IMG/VR virus record: IMGVR_UViG_3300044515_000029
Span: 1-50,523 of that record
Origin: a virus
Lineage: Duplodnaviria > Caudoviricetes
DNA: 50,523 nt
Reading direction: 5' to 3' (one strand)
Of this stretch, positions 46,490-50,523 are shown in pieces. The notes below the pieces were generated by a model. The model searched no databases, was not told the origin of the DNA, and saw nothing but the letters and a program-made list of their open reading frames with translations. Numbering within the stretch: position 1 is the first letter of the stretch; each line of letters begins with the position of its first letter. A program made the position numbers and the translations under genes.

Positions 46490-46672
46490 TCATTTTGGCT
46501 CACACGTTACTTTCGTAATGTCATTTGAATACGCATAGTAGTGAACGTGCGGCATCATGCCGGCGTCCAAGCACGATCTGGATATGGCGCTGGCTTGGCT
46601 GTAGCTAACCTTGGAACCGTCGCAGCCAGCGAGCAGCAGGGTGATGATGATTGCCTTATACATTGCGAACAA
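46490..46672 (-). CDS. Small lipoprotein
   Basis: YKAIIITLLLAG/C lipobox. Confidence 0.65.
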   Translation of the reverse strand: MFAMYKAIIITLLLAGCDGSKVSYSQASAISRSCLDAGMMPHVHYYAYSNDITKVTCEPK

Positions 46673-47600
46673 TCCGCATCAGGTCAGTCATGTAGCGCCT
46701 CTCGCCCTGCATTTTCTCGGCGTGCTTGCGGCCTTTCAGCGCGACAGAACGGCGCAGATCTAAATCACTCCACACCGATTCCACCGCGTCAGCCATGCAC
46801 CTAGGCTTCTCCGCGCATACCAGAATCGCTTCGCCGCGCAAAAGATCCTCTGCTCCAGGTCCTTCCGTCAGCACCACACACCGATGCGCAGCCATGGCGG
46901 TCAGGTAGGTGCTGATGCCATTCGGTGAGATGGCGTTGGCAAAGCGGGGGATGGCCACCACTGCCGCTCCTTTGATCCAGTTGATGAAGGTCTCTGGCTT
47001 GCCGTCAGAGTGGATTTCCAGCCTCAAATTCGGCGGCAGATCGTAGCTCGCCTCTGGCCCGCCCTCCGGCACCAGCAAAACACTCGGTAGCCCGCACATC
47101 CGCATGGCCTCGATGAACGTTTTGTGGTCCCTATAGGTTCGCCCAACGCAAATTACGTAGGAACCGTCGCCCGGATCGGCAACGTACTTGTCTAGCCCAG
47201 ATTCCCAGCCATTTACCTTGAACGGCAGGTAACGATTGCGCGCCGGATCAATTCCGAAAAGACGCTCGTAGCCGCGCGTGTCCTTGAATAGCTGTGCGAA
47301 CTGATCGACCCCCTTAAGTGCCACCCTTTTCATCAGCGCCATCGCGCGCGCGACCAGCGTTTGCGGGGCGTACAGATTGAAGTCAACCAACACCAGCCTG
47401 ACTCGCCACGGCGCCAGCATCTTGAAAAAGCAAAGGCTGATCAGGTAGCGGTACCCGTTGTCGAGAACCACTATCCCGCCTCGCGCCATCCAAAGCAGCT
47501 TCCATGGCGGCAACACATCATCGATTAGATGATGCTCGTGCCCGGATTCACGACAAATCTCTCCGAGCAAACTGAAGTTGCTCACAACAACTCGCTTCAT
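46656..47600 (-). CDS. GT-B glycosyltransferase (GT4-like)
   Basis: VICVGRTYRD.KTF, A.VVAIP...NGIST...AMA..RCVV.T; GGAGG SD. Confidence 0.8.
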   Translation of the reverse strand: MKRVVVSNFSLLGEICRESGHEHHLIDDVLPPWKLLWMARGGIVVLDNGYRYLISLCFFKMLAPWRVRLVLVDFNLYAPQTLVARAMALMKRVALKGVDQFAQLFKDTRGYERLFGIDPARNRYLPFKVNGWESGLDKYVADPGDGSYVICVGRTYRDHKTFIEAMRMCGLPSVLLVPEGGPEASYDLPPNLRLEIHSDGKPETFINWIKGAAVVAIPRFANAISPNGISTYLTAMAAHRCVVLTEGPGAEDLLRGEAILVCAEKPRCMADAVESVWSDLDLRRSVALKGRKHAEKMQGERRYMTDLMRIVRNV

Positions 47601-47700
47601 GACACCTCCCTGTGTTGGAAAGAAGAATGGTAGATGGCGCTACGCGCGAATGCGCTGCGCTTAACAAATCTTAGCGATTCTCGTCCGCGCTCCGGACTGA

Positions 47701-47904
47701 TTATGTCCGCTTCAGACGGTACTGATTCTTCTCCGGCCAGACCTCGATAACCCCTCGTTTCTCCAGCAGCTCTGCCGCGCGCTGCCACTCCGGCATCTTC
47801 CCGATGTCGTGCCAGCCCTTCGGGTGTTTCGACGCCCACTCCAGCATCGCGAGCATCAGCTCGTCGACCAGGCGTTCCTTTTGAGTGAGTTTCTTGACCA
47901 TCAA
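47701..47904 (-). CDS. Hypothetical wHTH-like protein
   Basis: QRAAELLEKRGVIEV. Confidence 0.55.
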   Translation of the reverse strand: MMVKKLTQKERLVDELMLAMLEWASKHPKGWHDIGKMPEWQRAAELLEKRGVIEVWPEKNQYRLKRT

Positions 47905-48072
47905 CCGCGCTGCGAAATCGTGCCCACATTTTTCTCCAAGTGGGCGTGGAGAATCGCTTGACTGGTACTATGCCAAACAATGGCTTATATACGAATATCC
48001 CGCATGGATTCCCCACGCCACCAACGAACATAAAGTTATATATATCAATCGCTTGAGACTTTATGAGCGCGA

Positions 48073-48119
48073 GGCTACGAACCAGGAGGCCGGGAGTTCG
48101 AATCTCTCCGGGCGCACCA
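48073..48119 (+). repeat. attR core (copy of tRNA-Arg 3' end)
   Basis: Identical to 81..127. Confidence 0.95.
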
Positions 48120-48142
48120 ATTAATCAAAAACTTACGCGCGC

Positions 48143-49225
48143 TCAATTTATCGACCGTAGCGAAAACGTAGCGTTTTTTGCTACGTTTTTCACGAACGGC
48201 GCCTCCTCGACGGGCCTCGATACCTGCCGCTCAATGCGTCCGGCCACGAAGGAGAGTTTCTCCGGGGCCAGGTGCGCATAGCGCAGCACCATCTCGTACG
48301 ACTTCCATCCGCCCAGTTCCATCAGCTCCGGCAACGAAGTGCCGCTCTGCACGTGCCACGAGGCCCAGGTGTGCCTCAGGTCGTGGAAGCGGAAGTCCTC
48401 GATGCCGGCGCGCTGTTTCGCCATGCCCCACGCAGTGGAGCTTTGCTGGATGCGCTTCCCTGAGAAGGTAAAGCACCAGCGCGGGTGCTGTCCCCGCGTC
48501 GCTTCGAGCGCTGCCACGGCGTCCGCATTCAAGGGAATGCCGCGGCCGTCACCCGACTTCGTCGTACCGTGATCGAGCCAGGCCACTTTGCGGTTAAGAT
48601 CCACGCGGCTCCATTCGAGCCCCAGGATCTCACCCGCTCGACAGCCGGTCGAGAGCGCAAACTCCACGATCGGCTTCATGTGCTCTGGCAAGGCCTCGAT
48701 CAATCGGTCAGCCTCCTCGCGTCTCAAGAAGCGCACGCGCCGCCGGGGTTCCTTCAGCATCCGAATCTTCGGCACCCCTTTGAGCCATCGCCAGTCCTGA
48801 TGCGCGACATTCAATATCCGCCGAACCACCTCGAGTGCGCGATTGACCGTCGCGTTCGAGACACCATCCTTCAATTTGCGATCGCGAATGAACGGCTGTA
48901 AGACCGTCATGTCGATCGCATCGACTTTCAGGGACCGAAGATAAGGGTCGAGCTTCTTCAGATGATCCTTATCATCCGAGAGGCTCCTCTTGTCCGCGAA
49001 CTCCTCGAGATATCGCACGACCGCTTGCTGCCATACGAAAATGCCGAGGAGCCCCTGCTGCTTCGCTTCAATTGCTTCGTTCTTCAGGCGGACTACGTAG
49101 CTTTCTGCATCGGTGCGATTGATACACCCAGTGCTTTGGCATACGCGGCGTCCATCCGGGAGAACGAGGCCAATCCACCAGAACCGCGAATCCTTGCGGC
49201 GGTAGAGTCCACGTTCACGGGCCAT
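48143..49225 (-). CDS. int: Tyrosine recombinase (integrase)
   Basis: TGCRAGE, TKSG, FHDLRHT.AS, LGGW...MVLRYAH. Confidence 0.95.
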   Translation of the reverse strand: MARERGLYRRKDSRFWWIGLVLPDGRRVCQSTGCINRTDAESYVVRLKNEAIEAKQQGLLGIFVWQQAVVRYLEEFADKRSLSDDKDHLKKLDPYLRSLKVDAIDMTVLQPFIRDRKLKDGVSNATVNRALEVVRRILNVAHQDWRWLKGVPKIRMLKEPRRRVRFLRREEADRLIEALPEHMKPIVEFALSTGCRAGEILGLEWSRVDLNRKVAWLDHGTTKSGDGRGIPLNADAVAALEATRGQHPRWCFTFSGKRIQQSSTAWGMAKQRAGIEDFRFHDLRHTWASWHVQSGTSLPELMELGGWKSYEMVLRYAHLAPEKLSFVAGRIERQVSRPVEEAPFVKNVAKNATFSLRSIN

Positions 49226-49557
49226 AAAGTCTCCTTCCAGGCCCGCCCTCGGCACTTATCCTGCTGCATTCGTGCATCGAGATCAATGCGGTCATAGACT
49301 TTGCAGCGGCCCTTGCGGATGAAGGGCAGTTCCATGCCATCGAGGAAGCGCAGACTGCAGCGGACGTAGGCTGCGGCTTCACGGCGGGTGAGATAGCGAG
49401 AGGGCGCGGCAGCTGGCGGATCTTCTTGGACGGCGCTGGAAGACTTTGGACGCGATAACGGTGACGGCAGCGCCGGCGTCGAGAAATCGAGCGGCAACTG
49501 TCCCGAAGGCGCAGAGGATTCTTGTCGTGACAGCGAAATGTTCGTCCGAGTTGGCAT
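49093..49557 (-). CDS. Excisionase-like HTH protein overlapping int
   Basis: YLTRREAAAYVRCS...LPFIRKGR..VYDRIDLDA; start uncertain. Confidence 0.6.
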   Translation of the reverse strand: MPTRTNISLSRQESSAPSGQLPLDFSTPALPSPLSRPKSSSAVQEDPPAAAPSRYLTRREAAAYVRCSLRFLDGMELPFIRKGRCKVYDRIDLDARMQQDKCRGRAWKETLWPVNVDSTAARIRGSGGLASFSRMDAAYAKALGVSIAPMQKAT

Positions 49558-49827
49558 GCCATTTAAGCGCTTGAAAGCAAATCGTGATGTGTGGTTCCGA
49601 GCGATTTCATCGACGCCTTTCCAGTATCGACTATGAGGCAAGATGAGATCTTCGTGGGAGTGAGTTCCGCGTAAATTTCAGCGGAACTCTTACCATGGCG
49701 CTACGTCGTGGTCGGCGCGCTCTCGCACGGCTGCGCCATAAATGTTTGGCTTGGTTTGAGTTACGCTGAATTTAGCGCAAATGCAGGATAGGCAACCGGT
49801 TGCTCTTGTTGAACAATTGGACCCACA

Positions 49828-50033
49828 TGAAAGCAGATCAATTCATCGTGGGTCGAGTTTCATCGGAAACGAAGGCGCGACTGCGTGCGCTTGCTGAGAA
49901 GGAACTGCTCAGCGAGTCAGCCTTGCTCAGGCGCCTGGTTGAATTGGTGCTGCTGAAGGCGGGCCTGCGGGCCTGTCGCCGATACTCACGGAGTCACCCG
50001 CCGGTGCTCGGGCGCGGAGAGGCGCTCGATTGA
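49828..50033 (+). CDS. Ribbon-helix-helix protein
   Basis: IVGRVSSETKARLRALA...SESALLRRLV. Confidence 0.5.
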
Positions 50034-50374
50034 TGATCCGTCTGCGCCCCAATGACCAGATTCTCTTGCGGGAGCGAGCGGCGGCACGAGGGATGCCAGC
50101 GGCAACGTATGTATCGGTGCTGACGCGAGCTCACCTGCGGTCGCTGACGCCACTCCCGCAAGAGGAGCTGCGAGCCCTCAAGCGCACCTTGGCGGAGCTC
50201 GGAAGCATTGGCCGCAACTTGAACCAGATTGCCCGTGCCGCCAACCAAGGTCAGCTAGTGACCAGTCCTGGGTGCGACAACCTGACGGCAATGTTGCGCG
50301 TCTGTGGGACGCTTCGCGATAGTCTGAAGCGGGTGCTTCTGGCGAATCTCAAGTCCTGGCATGGCTCTGCCTAG
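50030..50374 (+). CDS. mobC: MobC-like relaxosome accessory protein
   Basis: RHH followed by ELGSIGRNLNQIARAAN. Confidence 0.75.
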   Translation: MMIRLRPNDQILLRERAAARGMPAATYVSVLTRAHLRSLTPLPQEELRALKRTLAELGSIGRNLNQIARAANQGQLVTSPGCDNLTAMLRVCGTLRDSLKRVLLANLKSWHGSA

Positions 50375-50523
50375 CCGTCGCGTGAGCGGCTCGAATCGTT
50401 AAGGGTTGCTCGTCGTCTGCCCATGAACGCTGTTGCCGGCATGCGCGCTGAGGTGTGAGGGCAGACGTCGAGCAAGCGCCGAGGGAGGAAACCGCGGGGA
50501 CGTGCTGATGCCGATCAGCAGAT

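Larger units (their letters stand above)
81..48119. mobile_element. Temperate prophage with contractile tail, apparently complete
   Basis: Bounded by tRNA-derived direct repeats; contains integrase, immunity, replication, terminase, portal, capsid, sheath, baseplate and lysis genes. Confidence 0.95.
48120..50523. mobile_element. Second integrative (possibly mobilisable) element, truncated by the window end
   Basis: Integrase abutting the tRNA-derived repeat, excisionase-like HTH, MobC-like gene. Confidence 0.7.

Noticed and set aside
48073-48119. Second tRNA gene
   Set aside because: Only the 3' 47 nt are present; no acceptor 5' strand or D-arm, so it is the att duplication

Overview
The window holds an apparently complete ~48 kb temperate prophage with a contractile tail, integrated at the 3' end of a tRNA-Arg(ACG) gene (47-bp direct repeat at 81..127 and 48073..48119). 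It is followed by the left end of a second integrative element (integrase, excisionase, MobC-like) stacked at the same tRNA. Prophage order: int/xis; a leftward early operon (Lar-like, DUF4031, C5 methyltransferase, NinB-like, SSB, YqaJ exonuclease, ERF, HNH, 9-aa repeat protein); a cI/cro/cII switch with visible promoters and operators; replication initiator with iterons; Q-like regulator; GIY-YIG nuclease; a ~600-nt highly structured region; a four-gene fibre-like module placed before the terminase; head, tail, baseplate and lysis genes; and an antisense lipoprotein/glycosyltransferase moron. Three features stand out. (1) A recurring CGA(U/C)-loop hairpin lies on or next to the start codons of packaging and head genes, and about nine CGA-containing loops occur in the 600-nt structured region, suggesting an RNA-level regulatory system with a possible decoy RNA. 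(2) A shared 20-aa motif links three fibre-module proteins to the baseplate wedge, and two module proteins carry signal peptides. (3) A tandem HiPIP-like Cys protein lies just upstream of terS. All family assignments come from motif recognition by eye, and all RNA structures were paired by hand; no database searches or folding programs were run.
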